DNA of 64,000 bases from NCBI RefSeq assembly GCF_009914755.1, contig NC_060940.1; one strand, 5' to 3'. This document shows positions 39,658-53,605 of the stretch, piece after piece; position 1 is the first letter of the stretch, and each line of letters opens with the position of its first letter. Source of the stretch: the human T2T-CHM13v2.0 reference genome, Homo sapiens. Position numbers and translations under genes: made by a program. A model generated the notes under the pieces. It was not told the DNA's origin and searched no databases. It was given only the letters and a program-made list of their open reading frames with translations.

Positions 39658-41675
39658 AAGGTTTTCTAATTTTATGTAATGAATGAGGGTTACAGTCACA
39701 GGTTTATTTTTGCACATTTGTTGCCACAAACTTGTCTCCTAGTCTGAAGACATGCTGTGCAGAATGTCATGAAAACATTAGGAATTTGACAAGTATTTGG
39801 TTGGTAGTGCTTCCATAGGCACTGCAAACAGAAAAGGCAAACCTTTATGTAAATAATGACTGTCTTCTTCAGTGCAGATTTCCAGTAATTATCCTGTCAT
39901 TACATGACTATTGGTTCATTAAAGAGAGGGTATCATCTTGAGGGATCATGTTGGGCTCTGCTGCTTGTTTTAGGCATTAAGGGCTAACAGTTATTTGGTC
40001 ATACTTGTTGGGAGGGAGCCCAGGGTGTATGGTCCATTCTAGCCTTCATCCTTGCTGCTAAGGCCATTCCATTCATGGGCCCGTGCACTAACACTTGTGT
40101 GGTGAGCTGTATTCATGTCTTACCTGGATGCCTTCTCTTCAGTGGATACTCTGTGAGCATTAACACGTGACACAAATGTTTTCGAACTTTGTGCTGCCTT
40201 CTCTTTGTTCATTTGCATACCTTTCTTCCAAATTCCTTTCTCCTAATCCCAATCAGTCTTGCACCTTCTCAGTCTTTTACTCACCAGCCAACCATTCACC
40301 AGGGGCTCCCTGTATATTCTCACCCCAGGCCACTTACCTGTTTATAAAAAATTGATCACTAGCTATGCTACACGAAGCTTCACTCATTGGAAAGTTTTTC
40401 ATCACTGTCCTTTGGCAACACCCCTGGGTGGCCCTTGGTAAAGTAGCAGTCCCTCTGTGGCCTGCACCAGCTAATCACACTTACCCATTTGTGAACCAGG
40501 TTTAAGTTTTTTCCTCTTCCATTAGTTGGTGATAAAAACAAAGACAAGGTTTTGGCTGGGGAGGTATGTGAGTCGAGGGAAGCACTGGTGAGACACAGGT
40601 AGTTGATGTGGAAGATGGGGCCACATCTTTGTATAATTTATGCTCACCTTCCAAATCAGTATGGTCCCAGCCTGTGTATAACATGTCCATTGCTTTCCAT
40701 GGTGGACCCCTGCTGCACCTGCTCGGCCTCATGACAAGTCATGATGGGCAGCTTTGTCCATGTAGACACTTAATTTCCATCGTTTTCAGTCTCTCTCTGT
40801 CTCTACCAGGGCCCAGCATCAGGGTGGGAGCTGTTTTTCAGATTCTGAGGTGTTCTCCTCTGTCGAAGGCATGGATTTTTTCCAGATCCTAGGAATCTCA
40901 TCTAAGAACCTCCTATTGGAGCTTTCCAGAGATTCCACACACCAATCTTATCCAGCCTGGATAACTCTAGCATTATTGAATGACCAGGTCATGTGGTGAC
41001 ACAGCCTGTAACAGTCTGGACCTGCTAGAAAGCATTCTTGATCCAGGCACTTCTCAAATCCATGAGATTCCGAGTTGCAGGGCCATGGGTGCTGAGTGAG
41101 TTTGTGCTGAATTTCTGTGCCTTATTGTCAGAGAAACCCTGAGGTGGGACACAGGAGATAGGAAACTAAGACTGCAAGGAGGTACCGCTAGCTTCTCCAG
41201 CAGAGTGGCTGCCACAGCAGTGGCTGAATAAGAAAATGGGGTCAAGGAGACAGGAAGTGGTGAGTAGTAGGTAGAATAGTGGTGTACGTTTACTATAACA
41301 TGATCGTGAATACATACCTTATTCACTTTAACTGCATCCTATTTGAAATTAATACCTTTCCAACATATTAGTGGTTAAATGATCTTCTGTGTATGTTTGT
41401 TTTGAAAAAAGAAAAATACAAAATGTTGCTTGTTGTATATCAATTCTTATTCTCACATTGCAAACACACACACACATACACACAAAGCCACACACAAACA
41501 TACACACATCTACAAAATTGACAGTTTAAAATGTGTATGGGGAAGGCATGCAGTTACATCAGCTGGTATGAAAGTCAAATCTCCAACTTTGTTGATTCGA
41601 TGGTCTTGAATATGTTACAATACATTTCTGACCTTTAATTCCCTTATATGTAAAATCTGGATGATAAAACTTATA

Positions 41676-42056
41676 CAGTTGACCTTCAGTATCTGCAGGT
41701 TCAACCAATTGCAGATTGAAAATATTCAAAAAGTAAAAAAAAAAGTACTACAAAAATAAAAATTAATACAATGAAAATATGTATAAACACTATTAGGTTG
41801 GTGCAAAAGTAATTGTGTTTTTTGCTACTAAAGTAACAGCAAAAACCTCAATTACTTACGCACCAACCTAAAATATATAGTATTTACATTTTTATTTGGT
41901 TTAATAAGTAATCTAGAGATTAAAGTGTATGGAAGGATATGTGTAGGTTACATGCAAATACAGCACCATTTTATATAAGGGACTTGAGCAGCTTCAGATT
42001 TTGGTATCCATGGGGGTCCCTGGAACCAATCTCTCATGGATACCAAGAGACAACTG
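41676..42056 (+). mobile_element. MER2 (TcMar-Tigger) DNA transposon, inserted in a MIR
   Basis: TA-CAGTTG...CAACTG-TA termini; CCATTTTATATAAGGGACTTGAGCA internal motif. Confidence 0.9.
41793..41871. mobile_element. MADE1 (Hsmar1 MITE) inside MER2
   Basis: TTAGGTTGGTGCAAAAGTAATTG ... CAATTACTTACGCACCAACCTAA, ~80-bp palindrome following TA. Confidence 0.95.
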
Positions 42057-43249
42057 TATTTATATTTTACTGCAAGGAATAGCTTGAAACACGCACATAC
42101 ACATACACAAACAACACGCACCCGAAAGTATATCAGAAAGCTCTGGGAAATCTGGAATCTGCTGAAGTGGAATGTAGAATTTTATGTACATCAGTGTACA
42201 ATCATATATGATTTTTTTTGCTAGCCCTAGTTTTAATGGGAAAAAACAGAGAACCTTCAGTTTATTTTATTGCCTTTCTTTCCTTTATGATTATTATTGA
42301 TTATTATGTTTTATTCTTTTTTATTTTTATTTTTGCTCATTCACCCACCTTCTATAACTTATTAAAAGATTTCCATTGGAAGGCAGCAATTCTAAATCTC
42401 ATGCCTTGTTTTACCTTACCAGGGGACTTTCTGCGTATTCAGCCTTGTTTCTGACCTTTATTTATTTACTTACTTATTGCCTTCAGTTACATCTTTTGCA
42501 GATAGAATAATTGGAGTTTCAAAAGAAAAGATAAATTTTCAGTTGAAGAAAGTAAATATTAACTGTGCTTTATTTTTATGAGATGAAGGCCATCGTTGTG
42601 TCTGAACAAAGGATAAATGTTTAAGAGTATCATTTCCTTGCTTCTGAGTGTGAAATACTTCAGGAAGTCAAAGTTGACTCAAAACTTTTAAAATTCCAGG
42701 GCAGTTACAGTTTGCAAAATTATCTTTCAACTCTTCCATCTGAAACAATCATCAGATTTCCAGGAATAGTTTTCATAGGTCAGTCTTCACTTCAGCATTG
42801 TATATTGTAGATGAAAAATGTATTTTGTAGCACAATCAAAATGATAATTTTTTCAATATGCTTCTTGAAGTTGCCTTGGCCACAGAAGACAAAGCATATA
42901 CAAACTGTATTGCGCCAAACCTATACTAGTCAAGAATGTATGAGGAAACAGAATTCATTCTTCTGGGCATTTATAACATTTCTTACCTGTGTAATCCTGT
43001 ATATCCACATCCTTGTTGGATTTCAGTGATACCCCTGAATCTCTGAAATGGAACTATAGCATAGTAATTTAATGATTTTAACACAATATTTGACTTTGCT
43101 TTGATAATTAAAAAAAAAAATACAGTAAATAGAACAAAGAAGGTCTAGGAGTTGCTTTCAATCTTCTGTGAAAACAGCATATAGTTTATAGTTTTAACTG
43201 TATGTTAAACAACATATAGTTTCAACAGCATATAATTAGAATCCTCGGA

Positions 43250-43740
<491 letters not shown>

Positions 43741-44369
43741 CTATTTCTCTTTCTTAAACCAAATAAGAAAATGTTCAGAACGTATAATTGCAGCTGTAAT
43801 TAGTCACTGGAAACATTGCCAAATGGGTTGCTTACAGAGAGTGCAATCAGAGTGGTGAATGAGCTAGATATTATGCCCAATGATAAAGAGTTGATGGGGC
43901 TAAGAGTATAGTCTGGACAATAGATAAGATTAAGATGAATGCAGAACTAAAATGTGTTTATGTGGAAGAAGAAGGAAATTTAAAGTGTGTGATTCCAAAT
44001 GACATAATTTGGACCTATAAAAATAGTCAGTAAACTGTTTTTTGTATGAGAAGTGCTTTACCAATGCAGTTGTGTAGTAATGCAAATTATACAAAGAGCA
44101 AAGCCAGTCATTCCTTTGAGTATTTCAATACAGGTCTGCAGTAACTTCTACTTTGGGAGAATAGGTCCGTTACAAATAACTAGATCATGAGGCGGGAGGT
44201 GAAGCAATATTTCATTTCTTACCCATCAGCATACCCTCCTGGGGTCTGCTGCAAGAGACAGAATAAAAGAATTTTTGTTTGTTTTTATGTACAATTTTCT
44301 GCTTGGCAGGTGTCAAGAACAATAATGCTACATCTCAGAAGCACTGGCCATTCACTCCATCCTTCACCA

Positions 44370-45010
44370 TGATTTGTTCTAGGTCCTGTGCTTGTCCCTG
44401 GCACAAAAAAATGAGTCAGACATGGTACTTGCTCCTGAGCACAGTCAGGAGGAAAAGATGGAACTGTAAATCCCTAATTACCACATGGTGAAATGTTTAG
44501 AGGAGGTGTAAAAAATGCCATATAATCTGAAAAGCAAAAACAGCTAGCTATGCTAGTGCTGTGGATTAATTCAAGAGAAATACTGAAGAGAAGGTGTTCT
44601 CTATACAGTGTGCCAAATAATGTATAGTGTTTCTAGCATGCCAAGGGTGGCATGAGGGCATGGCATGCTAGGTCATCTTATGCAAAGTGGACTGGCTGAG
44701 CAACAGTATAGAAACAGGAAAAAGAACTGGAGTGTTCAAGGGGCAGCAAGTAGTTTGATAGCTGTGGAACCAAGGGGCTAACTGGAGAAGCAGTGGGAGA
44801 TTATTCTACAACGCAACGTTGGGTCCCCGATAGGAAATGCCTTGAAAAGCAAAACCAAACAGTTTGCACTATGCTACGTGCTTTGAAAACTTGACATTTT
44901 ACCCTAGAAGTATGGCAATAGATTGGGGAGGTCAGGAAAGAAGGCTGGGGAAAGAATTTGGAGCATGTTGGAATATTGCAGGTAACAGGTGATGAGCTGG
45001 TGGCCATGGC
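44370..45010 (-). mobile_element. L2 remnant
   Basis: Purine-rich L2 antisense motifs (AGACATGGTACTTGCTC; GGAGTGTTCAAGGGGCAGCAAG). Confidence 0.55.
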
Positions 45011-45638
45011 AGCAAGCTAAGGAAACAACAGGGAATGGGACCATTGGTTATTACACCCTATTTGCTAAAAGGCAGCACTCCAAGTTTCATGGAGGGAAAT
45101 AATGAACTTTGAGTGAGAAGGAATCAGTTCAAGGTCAAGCTTTACCACTCACTCACTGTGTTACCTTGGACTTGGATGGCTTCCCAGGATCCTTTGGGCT
45201 TGCACATTATCTTATTCTGTTTTTCTGATGTAGAATGTTATACTAAATAAATACTGACTGTATTTATGTCTCTGTTCCTCGAATTTAAGAAATCAATGAA
45301 AGTGTCTCTTTGGAGTACACAATATTGTATGTCATTTTGATCTTTTTTAGCATGACTAATTTAGTCCCTTCTACCAAATTCATTAAATCATGTTTGTCTT
45401 TAAAGGATACATTTTATTCTCTCTGACCCTTTCTACATGGCTGTTAAAAAGCGTCTTTCTTGACTCTAATTAATAAACTGCAACTATTCAATTAAGAAAA
45501 TATATTTAAAAACAAAACTTGGACCATTTTCAAAGCAAAAGCCTGCTAAACACAATTTCAGCCCTCCTCCAGGAATTAGCAACTGATGTGCTGACATAGT
45601 ACATGCATATTTACTTTTGTTATCCTCCAAAACGCATT

Positions 45639-45652
45639 GTTACCATGGTAAC
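45639..45652. promoter_or_regulatory. Perfect palindromic RFX X-box GTTACCATGGTAAC
   Basis: Exact match to the RFX dimer consensus in non-repeat sequence; function not shown. Confidence 0.5.
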
Positions 45653-47809
45653 TCATGTAGTGCCACTGCGACCAAGAAACAGAAGTTCTTGGTGGTGATA
45701 AAAAAAAGAGGAAGAAACAAAGAAAAAAAAAATCAATGGGGAATTACTAGAAATAAAAGGCATATTAACATACCACCATGTAAACTACTGCAAATTATCT
45801 CAGGAAATTCTAGGGAAGGGAGACCACCATTAGGTAAGTGCTACAATTTAACATACTGCTTCTAATTGTTCCTTTATCAGGAAGAATATTGCAACAGCCT
45901 TACTGGTTACCTGTCAAACTGTTTGAGTAGCTTCATTAATGTTCGGTCTACTTAATTCCTCATGAAAGAAGAGGCCTTGAATGTTTTGCTTAATATTGTA
46001 TGACCAGCACGTAGTACAATCAATACCCAACACATAATAAGTATTACAAAATAGTGAAATAAGTAAATAGATGAAAGAAAGCAAGTTTAATGCAATGCCT
46101 ACAAAACATTCAAAAAGGATTAAAGGAGACTCTGTTGGAGTAAAAAGAAGACTGTTTCCTAATTTTCAAAGTACACTAAGAATAATATTGAGACCTAATA
46201 AAATCCTGGGCCGTGGATGATTTTGATTCAGTGAATCTAAGATGGGGCTCAGGAAACTGTAGCTTATGTTTGACATGTGCACGAGGTGAGCCTGATGCAT
46301 TCTATCTAGGGACTTCCTTTTGAACATATTCAGAAAGGGCATTAGACTAGAAGTCTAAACATTCTAAATTTGCTCCATTGTTGTACAACTTTGTTGAATT
46401 TCTAGGTTAGGATTCTTTACTCAGAGTGACATGAAGTAGAATTTTAATTGTTTTCACATATGCGAATTCAAGAACTCTCCCTTATTTCATTTAAAATGGC
46501 TCTAATTACAAAAGAATATATATATATTCTGATTACAAATATATATAATTCTGATTTTATACACACACACACACACACACACACATATTTGGGTTTTATA
46601 TAAGGTTTTATATAAGGTTTCCATTTTTCTTCCAAAGAAGGTTTCTGCTGTTGACAATAATTTGCCAATGATTAATTGAAATGCAAAAACAAAACAACTT
46701 TGATAATTTCAAGAATATATATAGTTTCAAAAATAAATCTATGTTTTAGAAATTACCTAATTGATTTGATTAAGGCAGGCAATCTTTCAGAATTTTCTAG
46801 ACCAAAATAAAATCCATTGGAGTATCATCAATACACTTTTTAAATAAATCATATTTGCCAAATAATCACCAAATTATTTGCTTGTTTTAGATAGAAACTA
46901 TAGAATATATTTGTTATCAAACAGATTTCCTTTGATTCTTTTTCCCAGATAGAGCACCTTGCTTTTTATCCTGTTACCAAATTGGAAAAGTAAGATTTTA
47001 TTGTTGGGTACATTGAAATATTGTAATATAGTAAGTAGAAAGATGGAAAGTCTCATTTCTGGTGTTCTTTTTCTCTACTTCTCAAATAAAGAACAACCTG
47101 ACTTTAATATTTGAAATTTCAGTTTGTTATAGTAATAAAAATGACTGGAAATCAACAACAACAACAAAACCTGTGGCTACGTAATCAGCTATTGCTTTTA
47201 CTAGCAAAGCCATTTGGAATTTTGCAGCAAACTCTGCCCTAAATGTGCTGAAGGTTAAAGGTTGTTGCATTTTGATCAGGTTCCAGACAAATTGATTCAA
47301 TCTCTTCTTTGTGGATTTGGCTGAGAACCTAATTTCTTTTTTTATTCTCCTGTCTCCTCTCTTCTTTTCCTCTTCCCATCATGGGCCCTAAAGATGCTGA
47401 ACTGCTGTTCCCTCATTTGGCCCTTCTCAGTCATAAGCATTCCCCATTGGTCACACACATTGCTAATGCAGTCAGTGACCTCATAAAACAAATAAATTCA
47501 AAGATGAAAATGGATGTCCCTATTTAAAAGAGGTCAAGCAGCAAGTGGGAATCAAGTGTGAATAGCAAGCAGACGGCAATTGCATTTCAATGAGACTAGT
47601 ACTTCCAAAATGCTGGGCTGCCAACACAATTACTATATCATTGTTTTTAAAGAAAAGACATTTATAAAGAATCATTAATGTAAAGCTTATTTTAAAATGT
47701 AAAACTTTATATAGCTAATTATTTTAAATGAAAAGCAGATTTATTTCAAAATTTAATACTAGATTGACAATTAAATTTCTAGGATCATTTGATTTCAAGG
47801 AGTATATGT

Positions 47810-48030
47810 ATAATAAATGTTCATTACCTCCCTATATGCCAGGGTTGTGCTAATTTATTTCACACACCGATTTGCATGTAGTCTTAATAACCCAGAGGCA
47901 AAATAAGTAGATTGTAACCACATTTCAGATGAAGAACCAAAGGCTCAGAGAGAACAAACTACTTTCCACAGTTAAAGTTACAAAGTTGGCTAGGTCGTCA
48001 CTCAAATCTAATTGTCATTAGATTGTATCA
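47810..48030 (-). mobile_element. MIR
   Basis: CACATTTCAGATGAAGAACCAAAGGCTCAGAGAG. Confidence 0.7.
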
Positions 48031-48900
48031 CGTCTCTCAAGTATTAGCTACATTTAATAGGATAAGAAAGTTTATAGAGATTAATTGTGAGTAGAGAATA
48101 TGGTAAAGGCCAATGATGAATTGCTTTTCTATAGACTTTGAAAGATGCATGTCGAGTAATACCAGGTTAAAGAAGAACATGAACAAAGACATGCAAATGA
48201 GGGCTTTCAGGGAATGCTGGTTGAATTCTGAGGACTAGCTAGAGACTAACGGTATGAGTTGAGGGGTTTTTACTGAGACGAGAAAGCTGTCAGACCCACC
48301 CCAGGCTTTCAAAATTTTACCACTGAACAGCTTGGTAGAGAAAAAAAAAAATAATGATAATAACATAATGATAAGAAGAGTCTATATTCATTTACATTTC
48401 TTGGCTCCCCTGTTTCTTCATTCGTTTATTTGTCCATTAATTGGCCAAGGTTTTATCCAAAGCTGACTCTATGCCAAAACAATTATAATATTCAGGGATG
48501 GGATGAGGCATAGTACAGGAAGGTAGGCTGAGGATCCTGAGCTATGGTAACACAGAAATATGTATCTACTTAAATTTGGGGAACAGATGAGGCTTCCTTT
48601 CGACCTAACTGAAACTTGAAACAACAGTATGAGCTGGACAGATAAGCCAGGGATGGACACATGGAGATCTACAAAGATAAGGGAGAAATAAATTTAAGCA
48701 AACATACATCCCAAATAATAACAGTATAAAATACACCCAGATGCCCAGAGAGCTCCAAGTGATTGAGTTGAATTGAACATGAGGCTATAAATGTATTTTG
48801 AGGTCATGCTGAGTAACCTGTATTTTATCCTGTCAACAATGGAAACAAATGTTAAGCTGAGGAGAAGATCCTTGGTTTCGGAACATGACTCAAGCTTTGT

Positions 48901-49734
48901 TGTTACCGGGATTGTGCCCTGGGTTCTTATAATCTCCCAGGTTAGAATCAGAAAGATCACCAGATATGGCAGCAAAGTGAAAGTTAAATTGTATTGAGCT
49001 TGTGCACAAGGGAGCCAGCACCACAAAAGGAAAAGGATGGGCTGTTCTCTGAGGATAGTAGGTGGTTTAGTTTTAAGTGGCCTTTCTACAGGAAAGGGTT
49101 TCATCAACGTTTTTATAGGAGGGGTTTCTTTAGCGCTTGCACGGTAGCTCCACAGGCTTCTGCATACTTTGCATGTAACATTGGCATTTTATTTATTCAT
49201 TCATTCATTTATTTTGAGATGAAGTCTTGCTCTGTCTCCCAGGCTAGAGTGCAGTGGTGCAATCTCGGCTTACTGAAACCTCTGCCTCCTGGGTTCAAGT
49301 GATTCTCCTGCTTCAGCCTCCTGAGTAGCCGGGATTACAGGAACTCACCACCGTACTCGGCTAATTTTTGCATGTTTTAGCAGAGACAGGGTTTCACACT
49401 CTTGGCCAGGCTGGTCTCGAACTCCTGACCTCGTGATTCACCCTCCTTGGCCTCCCAAAGTGCTAGGATTACAGGAGTAAGCCACTGTGCCCAGCCAACA
49501 TTGGCATTTTAAATCTCCACTGCCAGGCATGATTTTTAGCATTAAAATGAGGAAAAGCTCACTATCAGGTGAAGTTTACATCTAACTGTGCATGTGGGGT
49601 CCTAGGGAATCCCCTAGCCCCCAAGGCAGGGATTTATGCTTAATAGCTTCTTGGGTCTTTTGCTGCTGATTAGCTGGAAGTTAGATAAGCTACAACCTGA
49701 GTAAGGAGCTTTGATTATTTTTCTCTAAACTACA
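48901..49734 (-). mobile_element. ERV1-class solo LTR (MER4-group-like; subfamily uncertain), interrupted by Alu, within an L2 remnant
   Basis: TG...CA termini, TTGT/TTGA flanks, CATTTTAAATCTCCAC...TTTTTAGCATTAAAATGAG motif. Confidence 0.65.
49192..49496 (-). mobile_element. Alu (AluSg-like)
   Basis: Perfect 15-bp TSD AACATTGGCATTTTA (49177-49191, 49497-49511). Confidence 0.97.
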
Positions 49735-50459
49735 TTGAAACAGGAAAGCGGCCTGACTGCCTGTCGTAGCTGCAGTGTGGAAAATGGTTACTAGAGCCTG
49801 GATAGGCAGGTGGGGATGTACGTGTTGCTGTGATAGAGTCATGGATGAGGAAGAAGAATTCACAGATACTCCCTCACAGATATGAGAATGTATTTATTTT
49901 ACTAAGTCCCATATTTTGGCACAAAATAAATTTTCTGGGGCTCAAAATGAAAATATTATTTTATCTCCTTCCTCAAAATGGTTTATCTTGTGTTGTTTGT
50001 TGAATAAAGTAGAGTGGATCATTGCACACCACCTTCATTCTCATCTCAGTAAAATTGAGGTTTTTTTTCCCTGTTCCTGCTTCTGAAAAGATAATTTTCC
50101 CCCCACATTGCCTGGAGGGAACTGGCCCTTCTTGAACAGCCGAAGTGACCCCGGCCCCTGGAGAGGCAGAATCTTTGACCCTGAGGCTACTGCAGCTTTT
50201 GAATTACTGCCAAGATGCTGCTGGCATCCCCTGGAGAAAGACTACAGGATCTAGAAAAGATGAGGGAGATTTTTAACATGTTTAAAAATATTTATCAGTG
50301 CAGAAATTGAATGTCGAGAAACCACTGCAATGAAGATTAAACTAGCACAATCAGGCTAACGATGGCTAACATTTTGTTGAGGACATTAATATAGGGCAGC
50401 CATTGTTTTCAACATTTTATGGAGACTTTCTTATTTTATTCTGACCACCTGTGAAGTGC

Positions 50460-51530
50460 TGTATCAGTCCAGATTCAAGTGGGAAAACTAAAGATACTCA
50501 AATTAGGATATTTAGAAGAGAAGTAAATTAAGAGACGTTTACAACTGTGTGCCTAAGATGGAAGGAATTCAAAAGATATAATGCAGAATATCTGGACTAT
50601 GAACAGGTGCGCTCTCTTATCACCACCAGGGCTAAAAGGGAAAGGAGAGGAAGCAGTAACTGGAAGTGCATATTGAGAAGAGAGGTAAAGAGGGCCACAA
50701 AATGGGAACTGAGACTAGGGTGGAGGCATGGAAATGCCTGCATTGACCTTGCAAAAGAGTCAGAGCAGTGGAACCAATATTGTATTGGCCAGGTTCTCCA
50801 GAGAAACAGACCAGTAGGAGATATCTCTTTGTATTTGATAGATAGAAAAATAGATAGATAGATAGATATAGAGATAATTATAAGAATTATTTAAGACAGT
50901 TACACACACACACACGCACACACACACGATTTATTTTAAGGAATTGGTTTATGTGATTGCAGGGCCTAGGCAGTCCTAAATGTGTAGGGCAGAACGGCAG
51001 ACTGGAAACTCAGACAGGAGTTGATATTAGAATCTTAAGTCTGAAATGCATAGGGCAGGCTGGCAGGCTGGAGTATTCAAACAATTTCTATAGTTCCGTC
51101 TTGAGGCAGAATTCCTTCTTTAAGAAGCTTCAGTTTTTGCTCTTAAGGCCTTCAACAGATTGAATGAGGCCCACCTACACTATCAATACTCACCTCCTTT
51201 ACTTAAAGTCAGGTGATGGTATATGTTAATTATATCTACAAAATACCTTCACAGTGACATCTAGACTATTGTTGGACCAAATAATTCAGCATCATAGCAT
51301 AGCCAAGCTGACCCATGAAACTTAATCTTTAAGAATACCTGAGGCTTTTCTTTTCTTCCTCTCTTTAGTCTACTGCTGGGGCTGTTAACCAAACCCAACT
51401 CATAAAGCAGAGGATAAGGAGGTCTTTTGACACAGTCTGGAAAAGGTAGGCTCTCTGGCATCTGTGTATAGCTCCACTGCTTCCTCTCTGCCATCAGTGA
51501 TACCCACAAATACACAGGTGGGAAATTATT
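50460..51530 (-). mobile_element. Old ERVL-type LTR (LTR40/41-like) hosting MLT2
   Basis: TGTATCAGTCCAGATTCAAGTGGGAAAAC...ACTCAAATTAGG start motif; approximate boundaries. Confidence 0.5.
50781..51330 (-). mobile_element. MLT2 (C/D-like) ERVL LTR with internal (GATA)n/(CA)n
   Basis: GGTTCTCCAGAGAAACAGA; AGGCCTTCAACAGATTGAATGAGGCCCACC. Confidence 0.88.
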
Positions 51531-51862
51531 TTGTCAATATTTAAAATATTTTTAAAAAGATATTTGCCTTGTTTTTAAATTAAAATTATGGCATTTATTA
51601 CTCTCTATAGAACATTTTCTCGTATTTCTTATTTTTACTTTTTAACTTAGTACATTTTCACCACATGTACATTTGATAGCTCTATTTTGCAAATATGTGA
51701 ATTCAATGGATAGGCTAGGTAACTTGCTACAAGTAAAAAGCTACAGAGTGATAGATTTAAGACTTGATCTTATGTCTTCAAGAATTAATTTGCCAAGTGC
51801 TATCTACCACAGTTCTTCAGTATGTGTTGCACACATGAATCTAGGATATCAGTAAAATACAT

Positions 51863-51873
51863 ATGACTCAGCA
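51863..51873 (+). promoter_or_regulatory. Consensus ARE/MARE motif ATGACTCAGCA (NRF2/BACH/NF-E2-sMAF, AP-1 core)
   Basis: Exact 11-bp match; motif only. Confidence 0.35.
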
Positions 51874-52499
51874 ACGCCCATATCCATTTGGAATCAGCTG
51901 AGATGGGGCGTTGCTGCAAAATCAGAAGTTTTAATTCTCTGTGTCAATAATGTTTCTTATTAATGGATTTACCTGCGAGAAGAATGTGAAATAGTTTTTG
52001 ACGTCTAGACTTAATTTAGATAATCCATTATATTTCTGTCCAATAAAATGTTATACACGTGTCCATCAATACCAAATAAGAATTCTTTTTCTAAAAGGTG
52101 TTCTCTTTATTAGTATGATTATCTGTACCTTCTATCTAGGCTATTTCAGTTTCTAGTTTGTTTTTTAGATATATTTTTGGTCCATTTGCCAAACAATATA
52201 TTTGCTAGCAGAAAGATATTCTTAGTGCCCAGATTCTGATGCTTTTATCTGAATAGGTATGCTAATTTATTGAAGATTTTATATTTGTTTGTTTTATTTT
52301 GAAAGACAAATTATGCTGACTTTTTTCTTCTTTGAAATTTTGTTGTTAGCTCATCAACTTTATTTTGCTCAAATTGAGAGTGGCAGTTACTACTCTTTAA
52401 TTGCTTGATTTCTTTTTGGCACAATAAGGGCAGAATAGGATAAATGTGTTAGATACTGATTTCTAGGGAAAACCAGCTATTTCCTAAACATCTTTAGAT

Positions 52500-53192
<693 letters not shown>

Positions 53193-53605
53193 GATGCGTC
53201 ACATATTGATTACACAGTTTTTGATGGAGATTAGAGAGATGTCAACTGATATTTACTGTTCATTTATTCTGTTGTGTGTTGTATAGGCTTGCTCAGTTAG
53301 TCCTCCCAGATGACTGAGGACACCAAACTTTCTCCCTCACCTCCATGTAATCTCTGTGGCTTCATTGGAAATCAGAGAAAGCCACAAAAGAGGCAAATGA
53401 GAGAGTTTGTGAGTAGCACCTTAGTCTGCTTTTATGCAACACACCAGAGTTGACATTTGCCTTATGCTCTTGAAGATATTTTGATATCTAGAGACTTCTT
53501 GGTCATGACTTTTATTTCTTAAATATGGCAGTTCACACCAATTTAAATATCTTTAAGAATTTATACACTCTATTTTCAAGGATTTTAAGAAGCAAGATCC
53601 TAAAG

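Larger units (their letters stand above)
37545..41290 (-). mobile_element. Degraded ERVL-class provirus (LTR16/HERV16-like): LTR, partial internal region, partial second LTR
   Basis: LTR16-like end at 37545; ORF 38892-39083 (GSLPPEETICFPLNLKPMLPPNHLDIL..VQQAR) resembles the ERVL dUTPase-like region; pol-like sequence to ~41050; interrupted by MST and AluJ. Confidence 0.65.

Noticed and set aside
42501-42551. Possible plus-strand micro-exon (TTTTGCAG|...AAA|GTAAAT)
   Set aside because: Weak donor, only one open frame and no recognisable peptide.
44633-44671. 11-bp inverted repeat CTAGCATGCCA / TGGCATGCTAG
   Set aside because: 17-nt loop and GGCATG low-complexity repeats; compatible with chance.
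50100-50260. Locally GC-richer unique stretch
   Set aside because: Too short and CpG-poor for a CpG island; no convincing ORF or splice-site pair.
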